Origin: a virus
Lineage: Duplodnaviria; Caudoviricetes
IMG/VR virus record: IMGVR_UViG_3300044557_000107
Span: 64,001-128,000 of that record
DNA: 64,000 nucleotides
Reading direction: 5' to 3' (one strand)
Every line of letters starts with the position of its first letter. Position 1 is the first letter of the stretch. The notes below the pieces were generated by a model that worked only from the letters and a program-made list of their open reading frames with translations, made no database searches and was not told the origin of the DNA. Positions 1 to 10,808 of the stretch are shown in pieces. The position numbers were made by a program, and so were the translations under genes.

Positions 1-1033
1 AACCAATGAGAACACGAGCGTCCACCGGATTTTCTTTTCCTACATACACTTGATATGTGTAAGTTTCCCCTGCATTAACTTCGTATTGAAACCCGTTAGT
101 AGCTTCTTGCCCACTGTCTTCATTTCCAGCGGGGACAGTTCCTGATTTTAATTCACTACTGGTACCGGTTAGTAGGTTATTCCCTAAAGAGCTCCAATAG
201 TTTAATTGATCTAAATAATTACTATCAAAGTTATTTTCAATCCCACTTAAAGTATTCTCAGTTATAACTCCACTACTATACATTGTACGATCTTTATTAA
301 TATCACCACCCAGTACATCAGGACCATCAAGATAGCTACTATCTAGCTTAAAAATATTACTATTAATAATATTCTTGTAAGCATAACTACTGTCAATTAT
401 TTGATCAATATTAAAATTAGATCCCATATAGGTACTAATAATAGAATCGGTCAAGGTATCTAATCTTAATTTATAGGTGTCCTTGTAATAACTTCCGCCA
501 TCTAATTTGGAGTTTATCCAGAACATAACTCCAGCCGGTTTAAATGCTTGAATAATATCTGAAATTTCTTGTGAAGGGGCTTGATCAATATTTACAGTAA
601 TGATCGCATATCTGTAATAATGACCTTCTAAGTGATCTGCACCATCTAGAAAGCTTTTATCTAAAGTAAACATATTTTTATAGGGTTCATAAACACTAAT
701 ATTAGCATTAGGCAAGTCTAAAATAGTTTTTAGGGCATGCACAATAGAATTAACAGTACCCCGCTTTAAAAGTACAAAATCATGAATCCATTGACGATAA
801 TCATCATCTGATTGCCCATCTTTTCGATATACGCCAAACCATGATCCAAACTCGTCAAGGTAGCTCCCATCAGCAGTATTTAAGAAACTTTCTATTTTAG
901 ATTGAATGCCATACGATTCTGCTGTTGTTAGAGAGTCTCCAATAGCTTGTAGTAAAGCATAACCCGCAGTAGAATTTGAATTATCATTTTTTGTTACTCG
1001 TAGTAAAGGATGAAGATTCTTAAAGAAGTTCAA
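1..1033 (-). CDS. Baseplate wedge / tail morphogenesis protein, partial (runs off window start)
   Basis: TTG at 1033 after RBS AAAGGTGGTGG; reads MNFFKNLHPLL...FLNTADGSYLDEFGSWFGVYRKDGQSDDDYRQWI; follows the baseplate J-like gene as in Twort-like phages. Not in ORF track because it is truncated. Confidence 0.75.
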   Translation of the reverse strand, partial: MNFFKNLHPLLRVTKNDNSNSTAGYALLQAIGDSLTTAESYGIQSKIESFLNTADGSYLDEFGSWFGVYRKDGQSDDDYRQWIHDFVLLKRGTVNSIVHALKTILDLPNANISVYEPYKNMFTLDKSFLDGADHLEGHYYRYAIITVNIDQAPSQEISDIIQAFKPAGVMFWINSKLDGGSYYKDTYKLRLDTLTDSIISTYMGSNFNIDQIIDSSYAYKNIINSNIFKLDSSYLDGPDVLGGDINKDRTMYSSGVITENTLSGIENNFDSNYLDQLNYWSSLGNNLLTGTSSELKSGTVPAGNEDSGQEATNGFQYEVNAGETYTYQVYVGKENPVDARVLIG

Positions 1034-1048
1034 GGTTCCACCACCTTT

Positions 1049-2626
1049 CTAAGATGTTTGTGCGTCAATGTCTAATGTGACTGTACCAGAACGAATTAGT
1101 TGGCTAGGTTCTGCAATAATGTTAGAATGTTCATATTCATAAATTTTCTGATTAAGATCTACTAGTTCTGTATTATAGGAATTTAATATTGTATTAGCGG
1201 CTTCTTGAACTAAGTAGCTAAAGCTAACACGACTATCAAAGTATTGAGCAAACGTACTTTGATACGTTGTATAGTCAATAGTAGTTTGAGATTCCGAATC
1301 AGCGGCAATAGAATTTATATAGGTTACGACATTATTATACGCATTAACATATGCCGCATAAGAAACACTGTAAGTATGCATCAATGCAGTGTCGCTGATA
1401 TAGTTACTGTTAATTGTTGCAAGTAAAGCATTTAAAGTTACTTTATCAGTTGGTGTAATAATAGTATCGGCTCCAATAGCAAGAATATTGGGTAAGGTAA
1501 CAGAAACATCATTCTGAGCCGTAGCGACTAATAGGTTCATATTCTGTAAGGATGTAGTAGCACTAGATATATTATCTTGTAGATTACTTACTTGAGTGTT
1601 AAGATCATCCGAAATAGGCTGGGTAATTTGAACATCTACAATTATTTTAGAGTCCACTTGCATAACTTGGCTTACTAAGTAATTCAATATTAAGTCTTGA
1701 CCCGCAGTTAAAGTATTGATTGAATTTTGAACCTTAGCAATAATAGTATTTTCTAGGTTAACTGTATCATTATCAATATTATTAACTGTTACGGATACAA
1801 TTAAGTCTACGTTGTTTTTATCAATTGCGAGTACTTGGAGAGGAACTCCCGCGGGTTTATAATCGTCCATAATTCCTTGGTTCATCGTTCCGTCACCATC
1901 TAAGGTTTTAAGAATACTATTTTTAAGATCATCGCTAAGATTACCGTTAGCATCATGTGCATATACCGTAATCATTCCAGGTTCTTCATAAACATAAACT
2001 CCAGTAACATTTTCAACACTTCGAGTACCATAATCAATAGACTTTACAGTAGCTCTTCCAAGAGCTAGGATAAATCGACGAAATCTTGAACGTAAATTGG
2101 CGTCGGATTCTTCATCTTGACCGGTACTCAAGGCATACTGATTAGTTACTACAGATATATTTGATACCGTTGTTTTAATACGATTAATAAATCCTGCTGG
2201 AATATTACCAATAGTACCTGTTACGGTACAATACACAGGAACAGTAGCGGACATGGAGTTAGCAGGTATTCTAATAGGAGTGATTGTGCTATAGGTCTGA
2301 TTATAACCCGAAACATCACTATAGAATGTGGTTCCTTGCGGTAATACAAAGTCTTGGCTAAGGATATTAAAAAAGTCTACAGTAACTGTTCCATAAGCGG
2401 CTATGGCTTCTCGCTTATCAAATCCAAAAGCTTGAGTGATTCCATTGGCAATTCCCGCTAGGATATTTTCTTGAGTTAACATGTAGTAAGACTCTAATTC
2501 TTCAGCTACAGCATCATAGATAGATCTTACAATAGACCCTGGTGTAAAATCAGTTAGCTCAGAAGTATGAATCATTGTTACATCAATTAGTCTTCCTAGA
2601 ATATCTGTAATACTTTTAAATTTCAC
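1049..2626 (-). CDS. Baseplate J-like (XkdT) wedge protein with C-terminal extension
   Basis: DFTPGSIVRS, GTIGNIPAG, GQDEESDANLRSRFR and YKPAG motifs typical of baseplate J; position in tail module. Confidence 0.85.
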   Translation of the reverse strand: MKFKSITDILGRLIDVTMIHTSELTDFTPGSIVRSIYDAVAEELESYYMLTQENILAGIANGITQAFGFDKREAIAAYGTVTVDFFNILSQDFVLPQGTTFYSDVSGYNQTYSTITPIRIPANSMSATVPVYCTVTGTIGNIPAGFINRIKTTVSNISVVTNQYALSTGQDEESDANLRSRFRRFILALGRATVKSIDYGTRSVENVTGVYVYEEPGMITVYAHDANGNLSDDLKNSILKTLDGDGTMNQGIMDDYKPAGVPLQVLAIDKNNVDLIVSVTVNNIDNDTVNLENTIIAKVQNSINTLTAGQDLILNYLVSQVMQVDSKIIVDVQITQPISDDLNTQVSNLQDNISSATTSLQNMNLLVATAQNDVSVTLPNILAIGADTIITPTDKVTLNALLATINSNYISDTALMHTYSVSYAAYVNAYNNVVTYINSIAADSESQTTIDYTTYQSTFAQYFDSRVSFSYLVQEAANTILNSYNTELVDLNQKIYEYEHSNIIAEPSQLIRSGTVTLDIDAQTS

Positions 2627-2641
2627 AGGGAAATCTCCTTT

Positions 2642-3145
2642 CTAAAATATTTTAATAAAACTAATAATTTTGCTTAGTGAGAAAACGTTAGCCGCTAAAA
2701 GTCCGTTATCTCTGACAATCATTGGAATAGATTGTTTAAACGTCCGATGCACGTCTAAGTATGGATTGTAGTGGTCTGGCTTTTCAACATGAAAGATAAT
2801 TCTATAAATATCTTTTTTTCGATATATATAAAGATATCCATGAGGAAGGTCAATTAGTTCTTGATCATCTTGATCAATATTACTATCATTGCCTAAGAAC
2901 CCAGGGAGAGACAAGTTGCCAAGTTTAGGTGGATTAGCCAGAAGAACTCCTAAAGTGTCCTGACGGTCGTTTAAGTGTCCTTCAAGAGAGGTTTGACTGG
3001 TGTCTGATAATCTTTTAGTAGCTAAGTAAGATACAGCAAGTACATATTCCTTTAAAAATTTCTGATACTGTTTAACTTCTTTTTGTTTTATTTTAAGAAC
3101 TTTATAGGACTCTTTCCGAGCTACTTTGGGGTTTATTTTGTACAT
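2642..3145 (-). CDS. Hypothetical baseplate-region protein
   Basis: 167-aa ORF with RBS GGAG; synteny only. Confidence 0.6.
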   Translation of the reverse strand: MYKINPKVARKESYKVLKIKQKEVKQYQKFLKEYVLAVSYLATKRLSDTSQTSLEGHLNDRQDTLGVLLANPPKLGNLSLPGFLGNDSNIDQDDQELIDLPHGYLYIYRKKDIYRIIFHVEKPDHYNPYLDVHRTFKQSIPMIVRDNGLLAANVFSLSKIISFIKIF

Positions 3146-3155
3146 TTAAAGTCTC

Positions 3156-3905
3156 CTAGTCTGTTAGAGTAAAGTTTCCTGTATCATTTGCGTTTAGGAC
3201 AAATGTCCAGCTAGTTTCAAGTCCTTGAGGAACAACTGTCCAGGAACTTGTTACTTTATTTCCTAGTGCCGTAAAATAATTACACGTAACGCTTCCAACT
3301 CGACTATCTGTTTCTAAGCATTGTTGAATGGAGTTTTTAGTGGCTTCTAAGTATATAGACGAAGGTTGCCCAATCATAGTACTTAAAGTAGATCCATATC
3401 CGGTATGTAATGCTAGAGTTCCTTTACGAGTACTTAAACGCATAATAATAGCTTGCTTTAGATTATTGGAACCTTTGTTTAGTGCTAGATCTCCTTTACC
3501 ATTAGCTTCCATATCGGCTAATCCATCATAAGTACCTAGATTAGCGAACTCTGAGTTTGTGTAGTCTATGGCTAGGTCATTTCCAAGGGCTAGCTGTTCA
3601 ATTGTTTCTTGGTCGCGCACAGGTAAATTATTTGGGTCAATATCGGACAGAGATGTATTCGATGGAATAATGATAGTATCGCCCGGGCACATTAGATGAG
3701 ATACATTATTTAATTTTTCTTCCGGAGTATCTACTAAGTATGGATACTGTAATCCATTGTACTTGACAATGTCTTTCCATAAGCTTACGTCTCCTAAATA
3801 GTTAGCCGCTATTTGTTGGATGGTTTCATCTTGCGTAATTACATGCTTATATTGACGAACGTTAATAGAACTGTCTGTGTAATTTGTTAAGTTATTGTTA
3901 GCCAT
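3156..3905 (-). CDS. Baseplate wedge protein (LysM-like N-terminus, gp25/GPW-like C-terminus)
   Basis: ETIQQIAANYLGDVSLWKDIVKYNGL (LysM-like) and NLKQAIIMRLSTRKGTLALHTGYGS (gp25-like). Confidence 0.8.
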   Translation of the reverse strand: MANNNLTNYTDSSINVRQYKHVITQDETIQQIAANYLGDVSLWKDIVKYNGLQYPYLVDTPEEKLNNVSHLMCPGDTIIIPSNTSLSDIDPNNLPVRDQETIEQLALGNDLAIDYTNSEFANLGTYDGLADMEANGKGDLALNKGSNNLKQAIIMRLSTRKGTLALHTGYGSTLSTMIGQPSSIYLEATKNSIQQCLETDSRVGSVTCNYFTALGNKVTSSWTVVPQGLETSWTFVLNANDTGNFTLTD

Positions 3906-4452
3906 TACTGTACCCCCCTAACTTTAGTTCATTGTTATATGTGTTAACTGCGGCAGTCATGTAGCCCACGTATATTGCTAAATTCTGTAAGGATGTTATA
4001 AGGTCTACATAGTTACTTGAACTAATAGACTCTAGCTCACTAACAACATAATTAATATTTTGAATATTTTGTGTAATAGCATCAGTGGTTGCATAGGCTA
4101 AGTAATCAGTTGAGGAATCCCCATTAATAGCATAAGCTAGTGAGAAAGTTTCTAGGCATATTACTCGAATCATTAGGTATATATTTGGATATTGGTACGG
4201 TAAATCAGAGTTACTTGATAAATATGCAATAGAATCTTGACTTAGATCTGAGTAGTCATTAAAGTCATTATTTGTCTGAATTAACCGATTAATGAGAACT
4301 GCTAAATAGCTAACTTTTAATTCTGGTGTATAGTAATCCGAAGTAAAAGTTAAGTCCGCGTCTAAATTTGATTTCACATACCCATCTGAATCTATATTTG
4401 AAATAGTTATAAAATATAAATACTTGTTTGGCTGGTTAATTGATATACTCAA
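3898..4452 (-). CDS. Putative baseplate structural protein
   Basis: 184-aa ORF overlapping neighbour, in baseplate cluster. Confidence 0.55.
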   Translation of the reverse strand: MSISINQPNKYLYFITISNIDSDGYVKSNLDADLTFTSDYYTPELKVSYLAVLINRLIQTNNDFNDYSDLSQDSIAYLSSNSDLPYQYPNIYLMIRVICLETFSLAYAINGDSSTDYLAYATTDAITQNIQNINYVVSELESISSSNYVDLITSLQNLAIYVGYMTAAVNTYNNELKLGGYSNG

Positions 4453-4473
4453 GTATAGGGATCTCCTTTCCTA

Positions 4474-5151
4474 TTATTTAGAACCGGTTGCTTGTGCGGC
4501 GGCCGTTGCGGCTGATGTTGAAGTTGTCGATGATGTATTAGGGTTTACAGCGGCGGCTGAGGTGGCGGCTGAGTTTCCTGTAGTTGCGGTACCCGCAGTA
4601 GATACTGCTTCAGACGTCTGAACATTGTTAAGTCCTGTTACACTAGGATATATATTTCCTAGTTCCGTACTGTCTCGGTCATTAGGGTCAGCTTCACCAG
4701 CAGGTTTAAGAATAATAAAGTTAATAGCATAAACATACCATAGAGGATTATCAACGTCCCGTTGGATACTATAACCATCTGCGTCTATATGGACGGTATA
4801 AGAGTATCCATCTGTATTATTGTAAAAAATTAGGGGGTTAGCTGGACGCATTCCTCCGTTAGAAGCAAGAACATAGTTATCTAGAATACTTTGTAAGTTA
4901 TCCATTCTTTGCTTTCCGGAGGTTCCATCAGACATTAATTTAACACCAGTATTCCCGGATAAAGTGATTGTGCCAAGTCCATGACTAAAATCTTGTACAG
5001 CAACTGTGGTTTGCGTTTGGGAGACGGTAGTCCGGTGTGGCCATGTTATTTCATACTGTTGAGGGTTAATATCTAAGGTAACTACTTGAGATCCATATTG
5101 GATACTCATGTTATCTAGTCTTGTTGAGCTTACTCCATCGTTTTGAGCCAT
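4474..5151 (-). CDS. Putative tail tube initiator / baseplate protein
   Basis: INPQQY...ITLSGNTG motifs; late promoter motif upstream at 5179-5187. Confidence 0.65.
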   Translation of the reverse strand: MAQNDGVSSTRLDNMSIQYGSQVVTLDINPQQYEITWPHRTTVSQTQTTVAVQDFSHGLGTITLSGNTGVKLMSDGTSGKQRMDNLQSILDNYVLASNGGMRPANPLIFYNNTDGYSYTVHIDADGYSIQRDVDNPLWYVYAINFIILKPAGEADPNDRDSTELGNIYPSVTGLNNVQTSEAVSTAGTATTGNSAATSAAAVNPNTSSTTSTSAATAAAQATGSK

Positions 5152-5194
5152 TAATACACCTTCTTTTTATTATCAAAGTTAATCTAGTTGTACT

Positions 5195-5228
5195 AAAAAG
5201 GACTACATACCAACTATGTAGTCCTTTT
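5195..5228. terminator. Intrinsic terminator (bidirectional-type hairpin)
   Basis: AAAAAGGACTACATA-CCAAC-TATGTAGTCCTTTT. Confidence 0.75.
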
Positions 5229-5231
5229 ACC

Positions 5232-5456
5232 TTACTTTTTAGCAAGCTTACTCTTAATATTCTCTAAGTCCTTATTTTGTTTCTCGACTGTAGTATTAAG
5301 TTTTTTAAACTTATTAATAAGATTCTTATTATTAATTTCAGCTTCTTTTTTAGCAATTTCTAAGTTTGCTAAGTCCGCGCCTAGTTCTTTAGTAAGCTGG
5401 TCCTTACGGTGCACTAACTCAATTAATTGGTCTTTACTTAAGTCTTCTAATTTCAA
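5232..5456 (-). CDS. Small coiled-coil hypothetical protein
   Basis: 74-aa ORF with heptad pattern. Confidence 0.55.
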   Translation of the reverse strand: MKLEDLSKDQLIELVHRKDQLTKELGADLANLEIAKKEAEINNKNLINKFKKLNTTVEKQNKDLENIKSKLAKK

Positions 5457-5462
5457 TTTGGA

Positions 5463-5825
5463 TTACTCGCTTTCTGTAGTAGTGGTTGTTGTGGTTGTGG
5501 AGGTGCTCGATGGAATGCTAGATAGAGATACTCGAATATCATTCACATCGTCTTCGGAAGAAATGGTATGAACACTTGATAGGACTATAGGTAAGTCTGC
5601 CATAAATAAAGGATTATTTTTTAGGGTAACAAGATCTTGATAGATACTATCAGTATCTTTATAGTCTACATATAGTATTCCCTGCTGTGCTTTTGCCAAT
5701 AGGTCTGTAGATAATTGACTACTAATATTATTCCAAGCACTTTCACATTTATCTTGAATAGCCTCATTGGCTGTTTTTTGTGCTTGTGTATAGGCATTTT
5801 CTATTTCTGAAAGATCAAAACTCAA
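5463..5825 (-). CDS. Hypothetical protein (spike-associated)
   Basis: 120-aa ORF, RBS AAAGGAAG, Thr-rich C-terminus. Confidence 0.6.
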   Translation of the reverse strand: MSFDLSEIENAYTQAQKTANEAIQDKCESAWNNISSQLSTDLLAKAQQGILYVDYKDTDSIYQDLVTLKNNPLFMADLPIVLSSVHTISSEDDVNDIRVSLSSIPSSTSTTTTTTTTESE

Positions 5826-5843
5826 TTAAATTCTTCCTTTCTT

Positions 5844-8800
5844 TTAATCGTCCCACCGAGGAACCCAAGGTTGTGGAATATTTCCAATAGACATCTGAGG
5901 CATTTTAAACGACATTGAAGTATTGTTGGGCCCGGAAGCAACATTGAAATGTATATGGGAAATATCAGCAGAAGTTGTAGTCATTCCAGACCACTCATAA
6001 TATTTATAAGTATGTCCTGAAGTTTCTGTGGGGGTAGTAAGTGTAGCGGTTTGTACTAGGTTACCAGAAGAATCATAAAATTGAACAAAACAATACCATC
6101 CATTATTATTACCATTCCAAGAGGCTTCATATATGCTAAAATAAAATGGATTATTTGTTTGATTTAGGGGAGAAAGAGAATCTACCCATGCAATACTATT
6201 ACCAGATCCTAACCACGCTGAAGGAGTACCAAACGCATCATAAGTTCCGGATCCAAAATCACCGGATCCAGATGAACGTTGCCATGTATCGAATTTTACA
6301 CTATGGGGTATTAGATTAACATGAAGATGACCATGAAATAAGAAATCCCGGAAAGAACTTCCTGTGGAAAGATCATTTCCATTTTTTTGAGCGGTCTCAT
6401 CTGCAAAAGTCCCATAGTAAGCCATGTCTGCCGCAGTTATATCTATTGGTTCTGGTAGAGAGCTTCCCCAAAAATACAAGTCTTCAGGAACAATGTTAAG
6501 TGCGGCTCCGGTTACATCCCGCATGTCAAGGCTAGATGCACCTATATTTAAGTAGCTAAAGTTTTTAACATTATTTGCAGTTTCTTCTGAGTTAATACTG
6601 ATAGTCCCTAAAGGAGAAACCTGAGTAGTAATAGTAAACTCATCCGTGCTTGAAACCGTGTTCTTATTCTCAAGAATAACTCCTAAGAATGGTGAAACGG
6701 AAGAACTCATAGTACTGTTATATGCTCTATCTTGTGCTGGAACCCACGCAGTAGCTGTACTACCCGATTCATATTTTATCATGCTTATTAGCAAAACACC
6801 AGTTCCACCGAGGTATAGTTTAAGAACACCGGCAGTATCCGTGGCGGTAATTGAAGCAGAATACTTAGCCCAACTAGTAGTTACCGTAAATGTATTACTA
6901 GTTTTATCAGATGTGGTTATACTTGTGTTTCCACTGATAGATTTAGCATAGAAAGAAACCGTGGTAGTTGAACCGCTAGAAAAAGCGCCTTGAGAAGTAT
7001 AGTCCAAACCAACATAATTGCTACTATCTCCCGCACCTGTAGACGTTATTTTAAGGCTTCCAATGTACAAATTCTTAGGAGCAGAACTAGGATAATCATC
7101 TGTATCAATAACATAGGTATGATTACCGGATTCTGTAATAGAATCCGTTCCTAAAGACTGATCATAGGCATATCCGCCAGCATTGAACTGAGAAAAGTTC
7201 AGGTAGTTAGGTGGAAGGGGGGTATTATCACTAGTATACTGGAATGACTGATTATCAATAGTCCAATTTTCAGAAGCTAAATACCCCTTACCTGAATCTA
7301 CTTGAGTATTAGAATAAGGACCTCCAGATACAATCATATCCCCGGTTATTTCAAGTTCTTGACCAAAGAGACTGATCTTTTTATCAGTAATAGTAAATCC
7401 AGTAGTTATTTGAGATTCTGTTACATAGGTATTCGTGGCGTCATCTTTAGTAAGGTACGTTCCGGATACTTCGGCGGTAATAGACGTGGCAGTTTGCTCT
7501 ATCTTGCTTTCAGCGCTAGCTAAAGTAGCACTGGCGGCACTATCTGTGTACGAATTAGCACTTGATAGTGCAGTGGCTCCAGCGGCGCTTGCCGCGCTAT
7601 CGGCGTGAATATTAGCACTTGACAGTGCAGTGGCTCCAGCGGCGCTTGCCGCGCTATTAGCGTGAATATTAGCACTTGACAGTGCAGTGGCTCCAGCGGC
7701 GCTTGCCGCGCTATCGGCGTGAATATTAGCACTTGACAGTGCAGTGGCTCCAGCGGCGCTTGCCGCGCTATCGGCGTGACTATTAGCAGAGCTTAACGTT
7801 GCTGAATTAGCACTTGAAGTTTCATCCTTAGTCGTGTAGGTAGCACTTACAGTATCTGTAATAGATGTGGCTGTTTGCTCCATTTCAGACTTTGTAGAGT
7901 ACGTTGTGGCCGCCGCACTGTTTGTCAAATAATTATTTGCTAGATCCGTATTGATAGCTGAAACTTCTGTGTCTATTTTGGTAGATGTTTCCGTAATTTT
8001 AGACGCATTTTGCTGAATATTAGTGTTCATTGTGTTAATTTCATCAGAGTCTAAAACATTTTGAGTTATGGTTTCCATAACTGTTGATGAAATCATATCA
8101 GGAGTAACCTTAAAATCAGAGAATTTAGTATCTATATAATTTTGAGTATCTTCTGGGGCGGCACTCCATGATGATGGGGTATTACCATGTTCTAGCATTA
8201 AGTAACTAATCGTTATCTTAGTGTTAGTTGGCATTTTAATTGTTAAAGTATGGTCGTTTCCAGAAATAGTTTTCCAATTTTCAAAGGTATACGTAAAGGA
8301 TCCGGTTAACGTAGTTGGTTCCCATAGATAAGAATTACCCCCAGTATCATCGGCAATAGTAATCTGCTCTAAGCTACTCAGTGTATATTTGAAAGATAAA
8401 GTTACAGGTTCAATTAAGTTACCGATATTACTAGATAGGTTATATAGAGTTCCATTAGTAGTTACAGATACCGCGGTTCCTGTTTCTAAGGCAAAGTTAA
8501 CTCCACCAACCGAAGTACTAGTTAATGAGGTTAATGTTCCTTGTAAAGTTGTTTCAATAGTTGCATAGCTATCTTTAGTAGCGCTTGCTAAATCACTAAA
8601 TGCTGATTGATAGCTATTAATTGCAGAGTTCATACTAGTAGAACTATAAGATAAACTAGAGGATACGGTGGCCAGATAACTGTTTAAGTTAAGATAAGCT
8701 GTTTTTAGAGCACTCGTATCATTTCCAGAACGAGTAGCTTCTTGATACATTTCTGCGTAGGTACCTTCAAGTGTATTTACTCCAGTTTTAATACTAGATA

Positions 8801-10571
8801 GTTGTGAATTGCTAATAGCTCCTGTGTTGATACTTGATATTGTATTTTGTAATGATACAATATCGCTGTTCATTGTAGACATTTCCGAATTTATGGTATC
8901 TTGATAGGACTTAGCTTTTTCAATTAGCAAGCTTAAAATAGACACGTTAGCAATCATGTCTTGAGGTGCCGGAGTCCAGCTAGTTAATGAATCTGTTTTA
9001 GCAAATTTAACTAAATATATAGAACTCGTTGTGGAAGATGAGGTATTATCTCCGCTAGAGGATGTAGTTGTCGTTGTAGTTACATTTTGAGAAACACTAA
9101 TGCTTACTTTAATATATGAAGTATCTTTACTGGTCAATATATGCTGGGATAAATCCATATTATCTTTATCCGCAGTTAAATAGCTGTAATCAATAAAATT
9201 ATTATTACTATCATATTCAGCCCAAGCTAAAGTAGTACCATTTAATACACCATATGCAGATACATAGTAGTCATCTTCCCCGCTAACAGACATACTTGCA
9301 GAAGTTACTCCTGTAGAATCGGTAATAAGCGATCCATCAGTAGAACTTATGCGGCTTCCTGATGTGGACATAGTAAGCGAAAATAAATTAGTAGCGGTAG
9401 CATCATTTCCATATAAGGTGTAAATAGTATCATTTTTACTAATAGTTTCTGTAGCACTAAGTTCAATCTTATCTGTAAGTTGGTTAATTGACGTTTGGGT
9501 GTCATTGTATCCTTTGGAAAGCGTTTCAATTTGTTCTAAAGTAGTTTTTTGCTGATTTTGCTGGTTAATAATACTCTTTTTAATGTCAATAGCGTCATCG
9601 CCAGTACCAATAGTGAGTCCATCAGAAGTTAGACTAAAAGGATCACCACTACCTGCGCTAATTGTAATACCATTTTTACCAACTTGAAGATATATTTCAT
9701 CGCCATTATCAGAGTTTCTAAGTTTAGACGTTGGCTGATAACGTAGTTGTGACGTTCCATCGTGGTTAAGTTCAATAGATCCTCGATAGTCTTCATTTTT
9801 ATCCATTGTACTTACCCGAGCATCACCATTTTGGTTAACAGCTAGAAGGGTCTCATGGGTATCCGTATTATTATTTTTGTCTAGTATTCCTTGATGCTTT
9901 AATAGAATACTGGGTGCTTTTGAGTTTATAGGTTCTATCTCGGTATTATCACTAAAGTAACTCGTATCAAGGTTATTATAACCAGGACCTTCTAAAGTAT
10001 CATCCATTGGATCTTGAAGGTCTACATTATCGGATTGTAGCATTAAGAAAGTCTTACCATTAAATGATAAAACTTCGTTTCCAAGTCCATCTTTAGACTT
10101 GTATGTTTGATCAGGATAAACCACAAACTGTTGTCCAATGGTTCCTTGATCGTTTGGAGAGTCGCTATCCGTACTATTATCTGGATCTCGACTGAGCTGT
10201 TCCATTACTGCGTCGTTTCCTACAATTGACAATACAATAGGAGTTTTACCGTCTTCATTAAGAAAACCAACAATGATATAATCTCCAGTATTTACTGGGT
10301 TAATTGCACCGTAAGGTTTTCCATAGCCATTTTGTCCGCTAAAAGACACAGGTAATCGGGCACTAGATTGTCCATTCAGATCAGAGCTATGAGAATAGCT
10401 GGCTCCAGTATACATATCCGTAAAATCTACGGAGTTATTTGAGTGGTATACTTTAGTTACTCTTCCAAGAGTTAGCCGACTAATTCTTGAATTACTTTGA
10501 GTATTTCTAACTACTTGTTTTCCAAGAGAAGATTGGAGTCTTTGGTTCAAATTTACGTATTCTTCGGACAA
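5844..10571 (-). CDS. Central tail spike / receptor-binding protein
   Basis: N-terminal RLQSSLG...LGRVTKVY...ARLPV...GFLN region like Twort-like spike; coiled coils; repeated beta-sandwich ends (WTPAPQD, WSAAPED, WVPAQD); 19-aa tandem repeats. Confidence 0.75.
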   Translation of the reverse strand: MSEEYVNLNQRLQSSLGKQVVRNTQSNSRISRLTLGRVTKVYHSNNSVDFTDMYTGASYSHSSDLNGQSSARLPVSFSGQNGYGKPYGAINPVNTGDYIIVGFLNEDGKTPIVLSIVGNDAVMEQLSRDPDNSTDSDSPNDQGTIGQQFVVYPDQTYKSKDGLGNEVLSFNGKTFLMLQSDNVDLQDPMDDTLEGPGYNNLDTSYFSDNTEIEPINSKAPSILLKHQGILDKNNNTDTHETLLAVNQNGDARVSTMDKNEDYRGSIELNHDGTSQLRYQPTSKLRNSDNGDEIYLQVGKNGITISAGSGDPFSLTSDGLTIGTGDDAIDIKKSIINQQNQQKTTLEQIETLSKGYNDTQTSINQLTDKIELSATETISKNDTIYTLYGNDATATNLFSLTMSTSGSRISSTDGSLITDSTGVTSASMSVSGEDDYYVSAYGVLNGTTLAWAEYDSNNNFIDYSYLTADKDNMDLSQHILTSKDTSYIKVSISVSQNVTTTTTTSSSGDNTSSSTTSSIYLVKFAKTDSLTSWTPAPQDMIANVSILSLLIEKAKSYQDTINSEMSTMNSDIVSLQNTISSINTGAISNSQLSSIKTGVNTLEGTYAEMYQEATRSGNDTSALKTAYLNLNSYLATVSSSLSYSSTSMNSAINSYQSAFSDLASATKDSYATIETTLQGTLTSLTSTSVGGVNFALETGTAVSVTTNGTLYNLSSNIGNLIEPVTLSFKYTLSSLEQITIADDTGGNSYLWEPTTLTGSFTYTFENWKTISGNDHTLTIKMPTNTKITISYLMLEHGNTPSSWSAAPEDTQNYIDTKFSDFKVTPDMISSTVMETITQNVLDSDEINTMNTNIQQNASKITETSTKIDTEVSAINTDLANNYLTNSAAATTYSTKSEMEQTATSITDTVSATYTTKDETSSANSATLSSANSHADSAASAAGATALSSANIHADSAASAAGATALSSANIHANSAASAAGATALSSANIHADSAASAAGATALSSANSYTDSAASATLASAESKIEQTATSITAEVSGTYLTKDDATNTYVTESQITTGFTITDKKISLFGQELEITGDMIVSGGPYSNTQVDSGKGYLASENWTIDNQSFQYTSDNTPLPPNYLNFSQFNAGGYAYDQSLGTDSITESGNHTYVIDTDDYPSSAPKNLYIGSLKITSTGAGDSSNYVGLDYTSQGAFSSGSTTTVSFYAKSISGNTSITTSDKTSNTFTVTTSWAKYSASITATDTAGVLKLYLGGTGVLLISMIKYESGSTATAWVPAQDRAYNSTMSSSVSPFLGVILENKNTVSSTDEFTITTQVSPLGTISINSEETANNVKNFSYLNIGASSLDMRDVTGAALNIVPEDLYFWGSSLPEPIDITAADMAYYGTFADETAQKNGNDLSTGSSFRDFLFHGHLHVNLIPHSVKFDTWQRSSGSGDFGSGTYDAFGTPSAWLGSGNSIAWVDSLSPLNQTNNPFYFSIYEASWNGNNNGWYCFVQFYDSSGNLVQTATLTTPTETSGHTYKYYEWSGMTTTSADISHIHFNVASGPNNTSMSFKMPQMSIGNIPQPWVPRWDD
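7555..7788 (-). repeat. 57-bp coding tandem repeat (~4 near-identical copies plus degenerate flanks)
   Basis: Encodes ATALSSANIHADSAASAAG repeats; GC-rich relative to surroundings. Confidence 0.9.
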
Positions 10572-10668
10572 AATTCCACCACCTTTTCGTTAATAATATA
10601 GTTTTTTTTAATAATTTTACGTGTATTATAAATAGACCTGAAAGGATCTATTTTTGTGCTATAGAATG

Positions 10669-10696
10669 TTGACAATTTTGAATCCTATGCTATAAT
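10669..10696 (+). promoter_or_regulatory. sigmaA-type promoter for tnpB-1
   Basis: TTGACA-16 nt-TATAAT with extended TG. Confidence 0.7.
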
Positions 10697-10808
10697 ATAC
10701 TTATTACCAAGTTAGTTGAGAAAGCTTGGTATTTTAATGCCGAGATGAATCAACGTCTTGAGTGACCACCATTGTATTTTGTAATATAATTAGAAGAGGT
10801 GATAATTA

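Noticed and set aside
7555-7788. 57-bp repeats as a CRISPR array
   Set aside because: Contiguous in-frame tandem units with no unique spacers, inside a CDS.
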